From a virus (Duplodnaviria; Heunggongvirae; Uroviricota; Caudoviricetes), in the IMG/VR virus record IMGVR_UViG_3300021431_000082, positions 72,047 to 136,046 of that record: DNA of 64,000 bases; one strand, written 5' to 3'. Positions 11,877 through 22,655 of this stretch are shown piece after piece (positions within the stretch are counted from its first letter, which is position 1; each line of letters opens with the position of its first letter). A program made the translations under genes and the position numbers. Under the pieces are notes generated by a model that was not told the origin of the DNA, did no database searches, and worked only from the letters and a program-made list of their open reading frames with translations.

Positions 11877-12809
11877 TTACGCAATTGCAAGGACAAGGTC
11901 TCTTGCCTGATCCAGAAGGTCATTTCCCTGAATCTGGTTTGCAAACCGGTTCTCTTTCCAGTTCTCTGTCTTTCTTACCGGCTCTGTGTGATCAACATAA
12001 TCGGCCACAGCATTGATGAGCCTTGCTCCGTTGAAGCCAAGACCCTGAAGGTCAGGAGCTTTCTGATACCGGAACTTCAGTTCAGCTCTCCTTTCCATCA
12101 CGGTATCAATCTGCCGAGGAGACATATCATCGTCTACCTTCATCAGAGCAGGCAGAATTACCTTGTCAAACTGAAGCGTGGAAATCTTAATCATTGCAAG
12201 CTTCTCCATTTCAGCGTTGAGAGCTTTCATATAGGTATCTGCAAGGCCGAGCACCTGTCTCGCCTCATCAATCTTGTTGTTAACACTTCCCTTATGGACA
12301 AAAGAAAAGCATCTTTTAGCTTTCTTAATGGCCATGTTAAGCGTATTGCTGCAAATGACTCTTACCAGAGTGACAGCTACCTTTACGGAGCCACTCCCAT
12401 CATGAGTGTTCATAAACACAACATACGGGATGGTTTCGTCTCCGAGGATCTTGTACTCGCCGGGTAAAATCCCTTCTACCCAGATCTTTTCTCCTTTGCC
12501 AAAATACCCGGCAGTCTCAAACTGCAATCCCATTCCGACGAGTTCGGTTGTGAATGCCAGCGCATCCGCATTCTGCACGATAGTGTACTGTTTCCCTACC
12601 ACGCCAAGCGGGACGTTTGTATCGTCCCTTACGGTTGCGAACTTATCCGGGATCACAATCCCATCGGTTGTCATGATAGTTTTCTTGACTACGTTATATC
12701 CGAGGCCGGCGATCCTCATAACCGCATCGCTATCTCTTGCTACAGACACATCAACTCCCTGTCCATCGTTATACTTCTTCCGTGCATCAAACATCTGAGT
12801 TGCGAACAT
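11877..12809 (-). CDS. DUF932 family phage/plasmid protein
   Basis: GVVGKQYTIVQN, HDGSGS, VRVICSNTL motifs; GGAGG RBS before MFATQ. Confidence 0.85.
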   Translation of the reverse strand: MFATQMFDARKKYNDGQGVDVSVARDSDAVMRIAGLGYNVVKKTIMTTDGIVIPDKFATVRDDTNVPLGVVGKQYTIVQNADALAFTTELVGMGLQFETAGYFGKGEKIWVEGILPGEYKILGDETIPYVVFMNTHDGSGSVKVAVTLVRVICSNTLNMAIKKAKRCFSFVHKGSVNNKIDEARQVLGLADTYMKALNAEMEKLAMIKISTLQFDKVILPALMKVDDDMSPRQIDTVMERRAELKFRYQKAPDLQGLGFNGARLINAVADYVDHTEPVRKTENWKENRFANQIQGNDLLDQARDLVLAIA

Positions 12810-12870
12810 TTTTCTACCTCCGTTTTCTTTTTGGTTTTTAGTTTGCTTTGTCAAGTTCCATATTCAGTTT

Positions 12871-13338
12871 TCACAGCAGGTTCTCAGGATCGGTGTCAAA
12901 TACGAAGCCTTCAAGTTCGGGCGACCACTTTCCACCCCTCGCTTTCAGCTCCGCTTTGACAGCGTTCATAGTCTCCACATCTACATCTGAGCAGATTGTC
13001 AGCTTGTAGCATGGAGTGACTACGTACTTAATCGGCGGCTTACTTTCCTGCCGCTTCGCTTCTGAGACAATATTCATCGCCTCGGCAACCGGGTCAAACT
13101 TCGGCTCGATGGGAATATCCACCATCTTATTTGAATTGAGCTTCAGCTTTTCCGGTCTCTTATACTCAGGAGGATTCCGCCTTGGCTTTTTTACAGGCTG
13201 AGCTTTAGCTTTCTGCTCGGCTTCGAACTCCCTGATATACCCTTCGAGTTCCGTTGAATTGTTGCGTTCAAGAATTTCCTGAATTTCGCTTTCAGGAATA
13301 CCCCACGATTCGAGCGCTTCTCTTGCTTTCTCTTTCAT
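12871..13338 (-). CDS. Hypothetical protein
   Basis: 155-aa ORF downstream of the motif-bearing promoter near 13390. Confidence 0.7.
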   Translation of the reverse strand: MKEKAREALESWGIPESEIQEILERNNSTELEGYIREFEAEQKAKAQPVKKPRRNPPEYKRPEKLKLNSNKMVDIPIEPKFDPVAEAMNIVSEAKRQESKPPIKYVVTPCYKLTICSDVDVETMNAVKAELKARGGKWSPELEGFVFDTDPENLL

Positions 13339-13403
13339 CTATCTCTCCTTTCTAACGTTATCTCGCTTGAGATAAAGTTATCATAGCTATCTAATGTTGT
13401 CAA

Positions 13404-14276
13404 TTACTTTTTTCTACCACCTACCTTTCTGAAATTCTCGTAAATTTCTCCAGCCGTTTTATGGGAATGTTTTCCGTAGCACTTGCCGCACTCATAACGG
13501 CATCCCAGACCGGCACAGTTGCTGACAATTTTTCCGTCATCTGACACCGTGAACGTCTTATCAACCCACGGATATATCTTTTTCACTTCCTCAAGCTTCA
13601 GGACGATGTTGAGAAACGGACTGCTCACAAGAAAGGTGGTTTTCTTCGGCCTCCCTACCACCTTAAGCGCCCTATCCCAGATGTTCGGGTTTTTGGTCCA
13701 AATAGAGAACCAAGTTCCCTTATTCTTTTCGAAGATGTGCAGGTAATTGATTGCGCAAAATACCGTTGCAACATCTCCAAATGCCTCGATACGGAAGATT
13801 TCATCCCTGATAACCGGAAGGTCTCCCTTATCGAGAATGCCAAGGTTTAGTACTGCGTGGTTCCATTTTAACCACATGCTCAAGCCCCACTTGTACCTGA
13901 GCTGCGCTCTTGCGTAACACCCGGAGCAAACAGATTTCTTAAGCAACATTCTCTTGTTGCAGAACACGTTATACGGAGCGTAGGTCGATATTGATTTGAC
14001 GTCCGCCATCTTCCCATTCTTCTCATGAATGGTAGTATGGATCGTGTCTTCCCTTTCCAAAAATTTGGAGGTAATCGGGCTGAGTCTAAGCATCGCCCGG
14101 TACACGATGAAATCCTCTCCCTTGGCGAACTCTCCTATAACAAGGGCGTCCCGGTATGAATTCACTTTCCGGGTGATGTCCGATTTACGCTTTGCGTTGT
14201 AGATAAGGCGCTCGCTTACTTCTACGAAACGCAAAGTCTCCTCGTCGAATCTTACAAATCTAATTTCCAACCTCAT
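13404..14276 (-). CDS. Gp88-like (radical-SAM-like, Cys-containing) phage protein
   Basis: C...CSGCYA, FRIEAFGD, WTKN and C-terminal CxxCxxCY motifs. Confidence 0.6.
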   Translation of the reverse strand: MRLEIRFVRFDEETLRFVEVSERLIYNAKRKSDITRKVNSYRDALVIGEFAKGEDFIVYRAMLRLSPITSKFLEREDTIHTTIHEKNGKMADVKSISTYAPYNVFCNKRMLLKKSVCSGCYARAQLRYKWGLSMWLKWNHAVLNLGILDKGDLPVIRDEIFRIEAFGDVATVFCAINYLHIFEKNKGTWFSIWTKNPNIWDRALKVVGRPKKTTFLVSSPFLNIVLKLEEVKKIYPWVDKTFTVSDDGKIVSNCAGLGCRYECGKCYGKHSHKTAGEIYENFRKVGGRKK

Positions 14277-14421
14277 AATGTTCTCCCTTCTGGGCAATCT
14301 TACCCTTAATAGTTTATTGGTTCAAAGAGAGGGATAAGCTTTTGCTTATAGCTTGCTTATCCCTTACGTTCAGCCAATAAATAGCGGTGAATATTTATTC
14401 AGTCACCGCTATCTAATGTTG

Positions 14422-15213
14422 TCAGCGATCAAGCCCCTTGCCGATTCCATTGCGGCGAAGGATCAGAGAGACATATGTCTGATTAATCCCGAAAACCTTC
14501 GCTATATAGCTCTGACTCTTCCCCTCTTCAACATAGAGGCGAATGATCTCTGCCTCCATTTCTTTTGTGACCATACCACGGTTTCCGTAAGCCTTTATAT
14601 TATTTCTCTTTAATACATGACCAACCGTTGTGCGGTGGACACCAAATTCCTCAGCAACGGTATATACATTATGTGTCTCTTCGTACCTTTTGATCATAGC
14701 CTCTTCATCATAATCTTTTATAACGAACTGTCTCATTCCGCGCTCTCTTTCCTTGTCAGCCATCCATTCCGTTGCGGCTTCGACAGCCTCCTCATCCATC
14801 CAGTACGGCAGAGAGTCTCCTTTGTACTCCGGGCATCCACTTAACTTTACAGTGCTGCGAGGAAGCTGAACGCAGTTGCCACGCTCGCAACCGTCTACCA
14901 TCTTGAAATACCCATTCAACCCTTTACCGCCAAGGGCCTTATAGATATCTCTTGCTAACCAGAACTGTTTCGTCTTGCCGTGGAAGGTATATGTAATACT
15001 CCACAGCTTGGAAGATCGCTTCTCTTCCTTGCTTTCTTTCGCTTTCATCAGTTCCATTGTCACAGTCTCAAGAGCCGCCTGCATCTTCGCGCTCTCCGCT
15101 TCCATTGCTTCCACAGTGATTTTTACTGAGGCAATCTGCTCTTTCAGGTTCTTGTGTGCCTTTGCGATTTCCTGAACCATAGCCTCAAGGTTTGCATTTT
15201 CAGTTCTTCTCAT
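14422..15213 (-). CDS. Coiled-coil plus tandem helix-turn-helix DNA-binding protein
   Basis: N-terminal heptads; two C-terminal HTHs (VAEEFGVHRTTV, IAKVFGINQTYV). Confidence 0.7.
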   Translation of the reverse strand: MRRTENANLEAMVQEIAKAHKNLKEQIASVKITVEAMEAESAKMQAALETVTMELMKAKESKEEKRSSKLWSITYTFHGKTKQFWLARDIYKALGGKGLNGYFKMVDGCERGNCVQLPRSTVKLSGCPEYKGDSLPYWMDEEAVEAATEWMADKERERGMRQFVIKDYDEEAMIKRYEETHNVYTVAEEFGVHRTTVGHVLKRNNIKAYGNRGMVTKEMEAEIIRLYVEEGKSQSYIAKVFGINQTYVSLILRRNGIGKGLDR

Positions 15214-15326
15214 AGTATTCTCCTTTTCTGTTCTCTCTAAGAGAACTTTAGTTTATTTCACTAAAACAGCCCAGTGGGAGTCGAACCCACTGAGCCGTGA
15301 TTTGCGTTATCGTCAAGCTTTCGCCG

Positions 15327-15812
15327 TTAGGCTTCTTCGATTGTCCATTTGCCCCGGAACACCGGGACATACGGATGGTCGCTCAGCCGCTCATCAGGAG
15401 TAACCTCATTTGCATTTACCTGGCGAATAATCTGTGTCAGGTCCTCTTTAGACATAAGTGACTTCGGAACTGCAAGCCACTCATGAATAGATGACGGTAC
15501 GAGGTAATACTTTCCGGCAAGCGCCTTAAGCACTCCCTTGTAGAAGAGCGCAATAGCACCATTCTTGCCATCACCAGTCGTAATGACCGGTGTTGTATTG
15601 GCTTCTGCCGTGTCAAACTCGTTGTTACCGGAGAGACGCTTCAGCATCTGTCCGATCCCAGCTTTTACCAAAGGATGAACCGCTTCCGTTGTCGCAATAT
15701 CACTCCACTTCGGGAGTGCTTTGTCATCTCTCGCCATCACAATATCTCCAGCGATGACGACGTATTTTGCACCATACTTTTCTGCCGTTACTTTGTTTAA
15801 AAGAATGTTCAT
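15327..15812 (-). CDS. DUF5688-like protein
   Basis: YLVPSSIHEWL...VNANEV..DERLSDHPY motif. Confidence 0.7.
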   Translation of the reverse strand: MNILLNKVTAEKYGAKYVVIAGDIVMARDDKALPKWSDIATTEAVHPLVKAGIGQMLKRLSGNNEFDTAEANTTPVITTGDGKNGAIALFYKGVLKALAGKYYLVPSSIHEWLAVPKSLMSKEDLTQIIRQVNANEVTPDERLSDHPYVPVFRGKWTIEEA

Positions 15813-16833
15813 ATTTTTCTCCTTTTTTATTTGAGGTTTACAAGTAAAATGGCCACGAACAGCAATGCGTTAACAGCAAAGCCACTCATGACCAAGTCAT
15901 CCATTGGATTTCCGGTTTGCGTTATCCAGTGATAGATACCGGATAACAAACCGGCCAGACAGACACACGGCATGGAAAGTACGATCAGTTCCATTGCTCG
16001 TACTCCTTGTACCACGCCGGCTGATATGTCTTCTCCATTTCTTTTTCGCCGAGAATATAGCGAAGTTCCTCCTTCGCTTTCTGGCGTTCATGGTTGCGCT
16101 CGATTGCTACTTTTAAATCAAATTCCCTTTTAGTCATGGTCTGCCTCCTTTCTGATCCGGTTCAGGATAGACTGAGCTGCCTTATAGTAAGAAACCTGCT
16201 GATCGATTGTTATATTCGGTTCGCTTGTCATCTTCATGTAATACTCATACCACATCATCATATCGCTCATCTTTTTTCTCCTTTCGCTTTAAGCCCTACG
16301 AATACCGCCTCTCGGCATCGCAGGAATGTCGTCTGTTCGCGGAATAAAAACAGGATCATGGAACGGTGACAGCTTCATCCATGATCCCCATTCTTCTTTT
16401 TTGATAGCTCCCTTGAACTCAGGGAGTTTGGGACGCACAACTCTAATTGTCATGATAATCTCCTTTCTCAGGATAAAATTGCCCTGATTGCTTCTAACTT
16501 GTCGGCAAGTTCGCCGACCTTTTGTCTCGCTTCCGTTCTCCCACGGAGCACGTTCTGATAGGCGCTCCAGTTCTCTTCTGCGGACTTATCCATATCCGCC
16601 ACCCGCTCTTTAAGCTCAAGATTTTCCTTGTTCAAAGTGCAGATAACAGGCAAAGCCGCAATAAGCCCCTTGGCGTACCTGGCACACCACCGGAACTTAT
16701 CCAGTTCCTCTGGATCATCCATATAAAGCGGCTCAATGTATGCCGCATACTCTTTTGCGCTGACTTCCTTTTCGGTTGTGTCAGCAATGTACAGGAATTC
16801 AGAGTACATCATTTTTTGTTGTCCTTTCCGTTT

Positions 16834-17190
16834 TCAGATTTCAGCCGGCTCGAACTTGTACCGGCGAACTACCTTCTCCGTTTTGTCCGGAGAGATTGAC
16901 GAGATTTCGACCGGGACATACCCGGCATACGTATACCCCATGGTGACCCGCTCCGTCCCCAACTTTCGGAAGAACGGGACGGCTTCAACTACGTTCATGT
17001 AGAATTCAGCGGAGACCGGTTCCATCTTCTCTTCTACAAGGACCCATTTCTTACCTGCCTTGTGGAACTTCTGGTTCCGTTCCACAATACCGGCATAGTT
17101 GAAAAGCCCGTAGGTCCCCGGGTAATTCTTCAATGACCACGGATAAGTTCCTTTGAACTCTGCGTAATTCATTTTTTCGCTCAGTTTCAT
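16834..17190 (-). CDS. Hypothetical protein
   Basis: 118-aa ORF with repeated leader cassette. Confidence 0.7.
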   Translation of the reverse strand: MKLSEKMNYAEFKGTYPWSLKNYPGTYGLFNYAGIVERNQKFHKAGKKWVLVEEKMEPVSAEFYMNVVEAVPFFRKLGTERVTMGYTYAGYVPVEISSISPDKTEKVVRRYKFEPAEI

Positions 17191-17258
17191 TTCAAACTCC
17201 CTTCTGGGTAATCTTGCCCGGTGAATTTATTGGTTTAAAAAAGGAGACAAGCTTTCGC

Positions 17259-17510
17259 TTATCTCCTGTTCATCTTCCCTAAGTCAGGGCAGGTGATACC
17301 GTAATGAGCGCAGAACGCTCTGATGTGACGTCTTGTGGTTGCGCTGTTTGCGTTCCCATCAGACACAAGCCTAGTGAAAACGCCGTTCTCGATCTTCGCC
17401 ACATCGGTTGCATAACTTCTCAGTGTGGCGATTCCGTTGTCCTCCGTCACAACGGCCTTCTTGTAGAAGGATTTTTTGTTGTCAATAGGTGTGATAAAAA
17501 ACTTCTTCAT
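17259..17510 (-). CDS. Conserved hypothetical protein (KSFYKKAVV)
   Basis: ORF with repeated leader cassette and GAAGGGAG RBS. Confidence 0.7.
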   Translation of the reverse strand: MKKFFITPIDNKKSFYKKAVVTEDNGIATLRSYATDVAKIENGVFTRLVSDGNANSATTRRHIRAFCAHYGITCPDLGKMNRR

Positions 17511-18094
17511 TTCAAACTCCCTTCCGGGCATTCAGCCCATTAAAGATTTATTAGGTCATGAAAAAGGACAAGCTTTTCGCTTGCCCTCAATCATCGCCCA
17601 ACAAATCAGACTTTGTTAGGTAAGGAGCTTATACAAATCCTCAGCGTTGTAAACGCAACCGCAGCACCTTACCTGATGATCTTTGCAGAATCCGGTCAGG
17701 TAATCCCGGATTTCGCTTGTAAACATCCCGGACAGACGAGGAGCAAAATACTCCTCAATCTGCCTTTCAGAAAAGAAGCGTTCAGTTTTCACTTGAACAC
17801 CTCCCTTTCGACCGCTAAAACGGCCTCTACGACTTCATCGGCTGACAGCTTTACCTTTTGGACAGCCGCCTCACCGGTAACAAGTTTGCGGATGACAGCA
17901 CGACGCTCCATGCCGTCCGCTCTCTGGATTTTTGCAACACGCTTTGCGTTGCTGGTAATAGCCATAACGAGACTTCTCATTACTCCTCCTTTTCCGACAC
18001 TCAGGCAGTCGGCTCCGTTGTTTAATTGCTCAAAGAAAGAGAGAAGGACGAACCTTCTCCCTAACTTTCGGCAATTAAATTGCCTTGAGGACAG

Positions 18095-18580
18095 TCAGTA
18101 TGACTGCCAATACATTTTGTCATACTCCTTTCTTGTGAGCACGACAAAGTCGTTCTTTTCTAACATGCGGATCGCCTCCGCACATTTGTCTCCCTTCTGG
18201 AATGTGGTGAAACGGTCGCACCGCATTCTCTTCTCAGACGGCGCGACTCGCTCAAAACCGGGGACAGGACACATGCCTACCACACGCCCAGGGTAAGCCT
18301 GAGCCGCCAGCATAGAACCAACAATGCGGAGCCTTTCAACCCCGTTTTCCTTGGCCCATGCTTCGATAGCCGCAAGGCGGGTTTTTCCTTCCTCACAGCC
18401 TATAAATTCCGTTGTTACGAGGTCAGAGTCGATCTCTGTTTCAACGGCTTTTGCGTTGACGAGATAGCCGGTGTCCGCAGGAATAGACACAAGAGTTCCA
18501 TCCAAATCCTGCATAGTGATTGCATGGGGCGTGGTGTTGACCACGCAAGTTCCGTTCTTAAAAGTGTATGCGTTATTCAT
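18095..18580 (-). CDS. Conserved phage hypothetical protein (VVNTTPHAITM)
   Basis: 161-aa ORF, AAGGGG RBS. Confidence 0.75.
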   Translation of the reverse strand: MNNAYTFKNGTCVVNTTPHAITMQDLDGTLVSIPADTGYLVNAKAVETEIDSDLVTTEFIGCEEGKTRLAAIEAWAKENGVERLRIVGSMLAAQAYPGRVVGMCPVPGFERVAPSEKRMRCDRFTTFQKGDKCAEAIRMLEKNDFVVLTRKEYDKMYWQSY

Positions 18581-18716
18581 AATTCCCCTTCTCTCACACT
18601 ATGGCAGTGAGCGCCGGTTTGCGTTGTCAGATTTTGCCCACTCTGCGTTTATCCTGACTTGTGACAGGCATAGGTTTCCCTATGGCCGCATTAGGCATGG
18701 GGATTTAGTCCCCAAG

Positions 18717-19304
18717 CTAAGGCCAGCGGACATATTTTATCTTCCGCTTCCCTTTCGGTGTAAACGGGTCAATTCCATACGCCTCAAGGGTATCAATAAT
18801 GAGATCAACAGCCGTCTCACGGCTGTTGTCACTACAAAACTCACGGGAGCCGAAATGTTCCTCGATCAAACACAGCATACCTTCCATTGTGTCGGAACAT
18901 CCGACTGAATAGTCGTAGTCCCCGCACAATTCACAGTATGCACTCCCGTCGTATCTGTCGATTGACCAATCTCCGAGATGCGTTGTATTCAGATAAAGTG
19001 TCATATTCCCCTCCCTTTCCGGGCGTTTTTCGCCCTTTAAATGTTTTTTGAGTTCCCTTGCATAAGGCTGAAAAATATCCTCGCCCAAATAAATCGGACG
19101 GATGCTGTCTTCATCCCATACAGAGTCATGACAGCACTCCGTCAGTTCCCTTCCATCCCCGGAAATCAGAGTTCCGTTGATGGACACAGAAAAAATAGCA
19201 GAGTCCGCACCAATGGACTCGCCATACTGAACGGCGTCTCCGTGGAACTCAAAGACACCGGAGACACGCAATACATCACCGGCCTTTCTGTACACTGCAA
19301 ACAT
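18717..19304 (-). CDS. Hypothetical protein (ends TAG; TAA four codons later)
   Basis: 195-aa ORF with leader cassette; an internal cassette near 19000-19035 suggests it may be two genes. Confidence 0.55.
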   Translation of the reverse strand: MFAVYRKAGDVLRVSGVFEFHGDAVQYGESIGADSAIFSVSINGTLISGDGRELTECCHDSVWDEDSIRPIYLGEDIFQPYARELKKHLKGEKRPEREGNMTLYLNTTHLGDWSIDRYDGSAYCELCGDYDYSVGCSDTMEGMLCLIEEHFGSREFCSDNSRETAVDLIIDTLEAYGIDPFTPKGKRKIKYVRWP

Positions 19305-20587
19305 TCTCTTCCTTTCCGGGCGTTCTTCGCCCTTTGCGTTTTATTGAATTGCTCAGAAAAAGGGACAAGGTTTTACCGTTAGGTTTTGCTTGTCTTCAAC
19401 GCTCAACGTTTTGGTATGTGCGCAGTTTTTTCCTCTACACAGATGTAGAGAGTATTACTTTCAAACTCGCACTTCTTCCATGGTTTACCTTTTACAGTAA
19501 TCCCTTTTGACTTGCACAGTCTTTTAAAAATCCGCCATGCAGTACAGTTCCCTTTTGGAATTACCTCGCAGCTTCCGTTCACCTCGATAACGAGGATTTG
19601 CATTTGTTCCCTTTTCATAACACAACATCGAACCAAAAGATCTTCTTTAAGATAGACCCAGCCGGTGTGTATTCCGTTTCCGGGTAGCAGAAATAGAGCG
19701 CAACGCCATCAATTGCGTTGCCACTCCCATAACGACATGCAGGATTAGTGTAGTATTCTGAATAACCTGCCTTTTCCGCAAGATCATCCAGATACTCGCA
19801 ATGCATGTAATATGCGTCGTTTACAGGGTTGTAGACCCCAAGCCTGTTTCGCTTGGAATTTTCATCGTAGTCGATACCTGCGCACTTAAGCGCAAGTTCC
19901 CTTAAATCCATCACGAATTCATTTTTCGCTTTTGTCATTTCGCCTTTCTCCTTTCGTCCATAATTCAATACCTTTTCGCTTGTATAACTCTGCCGATGTT
20001 GTGCTTCGGACGCAACATGTCCCTATAACTCTTCCGTTCCACACCATGACGCACTTGCGGAACTCCCTTGTAAAGCGTCGGTTCGTGACGTACTCTACAC
20101 CCTCGGACACAATTTCCATTGTGGCAAGGTCGTACTCCCGGTATTCGAGTTGCCTTCCGTGAATATGCGTTGCATCATACGACACCAGCGACTCACGGAC
20201 ATAGATTTTTACGGTCATTCTTCCACCTCATGGTAGTCCAGAATGCGCAGTTCCTCATGATCCCCGACACAGTAGCAAAGCAGGCTATCGCCCACTTCAA
20301 GCCCGTCGGCATATATTCCATATGCGTCTCCGGCGCTATCAACCAGAGACACATATTCCCCGGAAACATACGTCACCTGCATCTTTCTGAATGTGTACCC
20401 AGGGAATACATGTGACACAAAAATAGCGCCCACTACGAGCGCCACACACACAGTACGTTTCACGACTACTCCTCTCTGGGGTATACTTCACCCTTGGAAA
20501 ATTGTTGACGAGTTACAGAAATCCACAGGGTGGTTTTGCACCTACACCCATGGTGCCCTGTGGTCCTGGCTATCTAATGTTGTACCA

Positions 20588-21334
20588 TCACTTTGTGGTG
20601 ATGGTCTTTTTGCCGGTCAGCTCGTATTCGAGCTTACGGACGGGCAGAGCTTCGCAAGCTGTAGCCTGTCCGCACACCCGGTTCAGGAACGCCTCAAGGA
20701 ACGCACGTTCCCCGTTGTCCGTCACGGCGTACATCGCCTTGTCAAACTTCCGTGCGCCCTTAATTGCGGCCTTAAGGTAGTTCTTACCTGTGTTCGCACG
20801 AGTGCCGCCCACGTTCATCAGGTCAGCGACTCCAGCTTCGGACGGAAGGACTCCGCAGTCATACAGCCACTGCGTCACAACTCTTCGGTATCCGAAGACG
20901 TCCGCTTCAGAAACGGCGCGCTGATATGCCCCGAAAAGCCCATTGACTTTATGGGCATACTTAGTCTCAGAGCTGCACCACTTTCCTTCTTTGGTGATGT
21001 AAACAGTCCCGGCCTTGTTCAGCAATTCGAAAGCGGGCTTAGTTGCGGTCGCAAACTGCTCCTCTGCCGCCTTCTTCTCCGCCTTGAGTGCCTCAACCTT
21101 TTTGGTCAGCACCGTGACGGACGCCTTGACCTCTTCTTCGGTACGACCGCAGACCTCACCCTTGGAAATCTTGGCAAGGTCCTCAAGGTCAGTCTTTAAG
21201 CAGGCCGAGGTATTGCGCAGTTTTGCCCCCACTTTGTCAAGGTCGACAGCCAACACATCACGGGCGACAACGAACTTCGCCAGTGCTTCCCGGGTAGCCT
21301 TTGCCTCTGCGGTCTTGTAGTTATTGTTTCTCAT
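20588..21334 (-). CDS. Hypothetical protein, first gene of early arm
   Basis: 248-aa ORF, AAAGGAG RBS, biased codon usage suggesting high expression. Confidence 0.8.
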   Translation of the reverse strand: MRNNNYKTAEAKATREALAKFVVARDVLAVDLDKVGAKLRNTSACLKTDLEDLAKISKGEVCGRTEEEVKASVTVLTKKVEALKAEKKAAEEQFATATKPAFELLNKAGTVYITKEGKWCSSETKYAHKVNGLFGAYQRAVSEADVFGYRRVVTQWLYDCGVLPSEAGVADLMNVGGTRANTGKNYLKAAIKGARKFDKAMYAVTDNGERAFLEAFLNRVCGQATACEALPVRKLEYELTGKKTITTK

Positions 21335-22186
21335 GGTTACTCCTTTCTTTGGCGCTCTTCGCCATTAGACATTTTTATTGGTGGACTATTCCACCTATCC
21401 CACCATTTGGGAGTCGAACCCAATCCACCCTTGGAGCCTAACTCTCTATGGGTGTCTCACCGTTTGGGTATGGTAGTTTCGTGCGCTGATTCGGGTCGCC
21501 GGGTGACATTCAAGGCTGGTATCTCCCGGGTCACTCCCCTTGTACTCTACAGGTTCCTTCCATAGCCCATTGAGTTGGGTTAATGGGTACACTACCCCCT
21601 TATCCTTGAAGGGTAGACCTATGGTCATGGCGTTCTTTAATTATTCCAAAAATGGCTCGCTCGCATAGGTATGGAGTACGGCACGTTATGCGGTTTTCAA
21701 GGTTCAGGTTGACAGGTTGAGTCGTTGGCTTTTTTTGGCGTCACTTAATAAACGGTGTGCCGAAGCATTTTCCGTGAATGTGTACGTATACTTACGCATG
21801 GACGTACAAGTGGTGTGATGCCAAAGAACCTTTATTCGGAAAGCCTCCATCTTTCCCCCGTCCCGTCCGAGGCGTTCGCTGAATGCGGAACTTTTATCCC
21901 TCGGACAATTCGCACACTACACAGTCTGACCAAAAACACAACAATCTAAGAAACAAGCAGGATACAAGATTCGAAAACTAACAAATTATTGTTTTTTAGG
22001 GGTATTTATACCGGGTGGTTAAAAGTAAAAAACGGCTTAAATGCTGGGATGCGGCACATGTCGGTCTTTCCATACACTCACCAAAAAATCTCATTTTCTT
22101 TCCAAAATCCCCATCATTTGCTATAATTTCCCTAACTTTTCTTTCAAAACAATTCAAAAATCTAATTTTTTAAACGAGGAAAAATA

Positions 22187-22375
22187 ATGCCATTTAAAGA
22201 CGCCGAACTGGAATTAGATAGGATAAGACAGCTGAATAGAAATAGACAAAAGAGGTTCAGAGTAGACAAAAAGAATCTTAAGTTTTATATCGACAACGAA
22301 CTGTATAATGAGATCAAAGAATACTGTTCAGCGGCTAATACATCAATTCGACAGTTAATGCTGAATGCAGTTTGA
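22187..22375 (+). CDS. Ribbon-helix-helix regulator 1
   Basis: LKFYIDNELYNEIKEYC...IRQLMLNAV. Confidence 0.65.
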   Translation: MPFKDAELELDRIRQLNRNRQKRFRVDKKNLKFYIDNELYNEIKEYCSAANTSIRQLMLNAV

Positions 22376-22416
22376 GAATACATGGACAATCATCCAGTGG
22401 GCTAACGAGGAAATCA

Positions 22417-22655
22417 TGGATAATAAAGTCGAGATAAGCTTGGAAGAATATGAGAGATTAAAGCGTAACAATGACATGTTCGAAAAGGATCGTAATGCTA
22501 AACGGGAATACCAGCGGAAACTTAGCAGCATTGCGATTAGAGTTGACCCAAAGTTCTACCAACAGCTTCAAGAATATTCACTGGCAACCAACATTCCAAT
22601 TCGCCAATTAATACTTCAATCACTTGAGGAGTCATATGGGATTAGACGCACATAA
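22417..22655 (+). CDS. Ribbon-helix-helix regulator 2
   Basis: IAIRVDPKFYQQLQEYS...IRQLILQSL; GAGG RBS before MDNK (start approximate). Confidence 0.65.

Larger units (their letters stand above)
140..21334 (-). other. Leftward early/accessory gene arm (about 50 small, tightly packed, mostly hypothetical ORFs)
   Basis: Contiguous minus-strand ORFs with Shine-Dalgarno motifs and ATGA/TAATG overlaps. No in-frame TAG in the ORFs checked. Stops are nearly all TAA/TGA. Confidence 0.9.

Noticed and set aside
498-21320. Plus-strand ORFs of the ORF track in the left arm, and minus-strand ORFs over the late genes
   Set aside because: These are antisense shadows of real genes, with no RBS and no recognisable motifs.
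21980-22170. Possible packaging or terminus signal (GGGGTATTTATACC, A/T and C tracts)
   Set aside because: Only a low-complexity impression; cannot be supported without read-end data.
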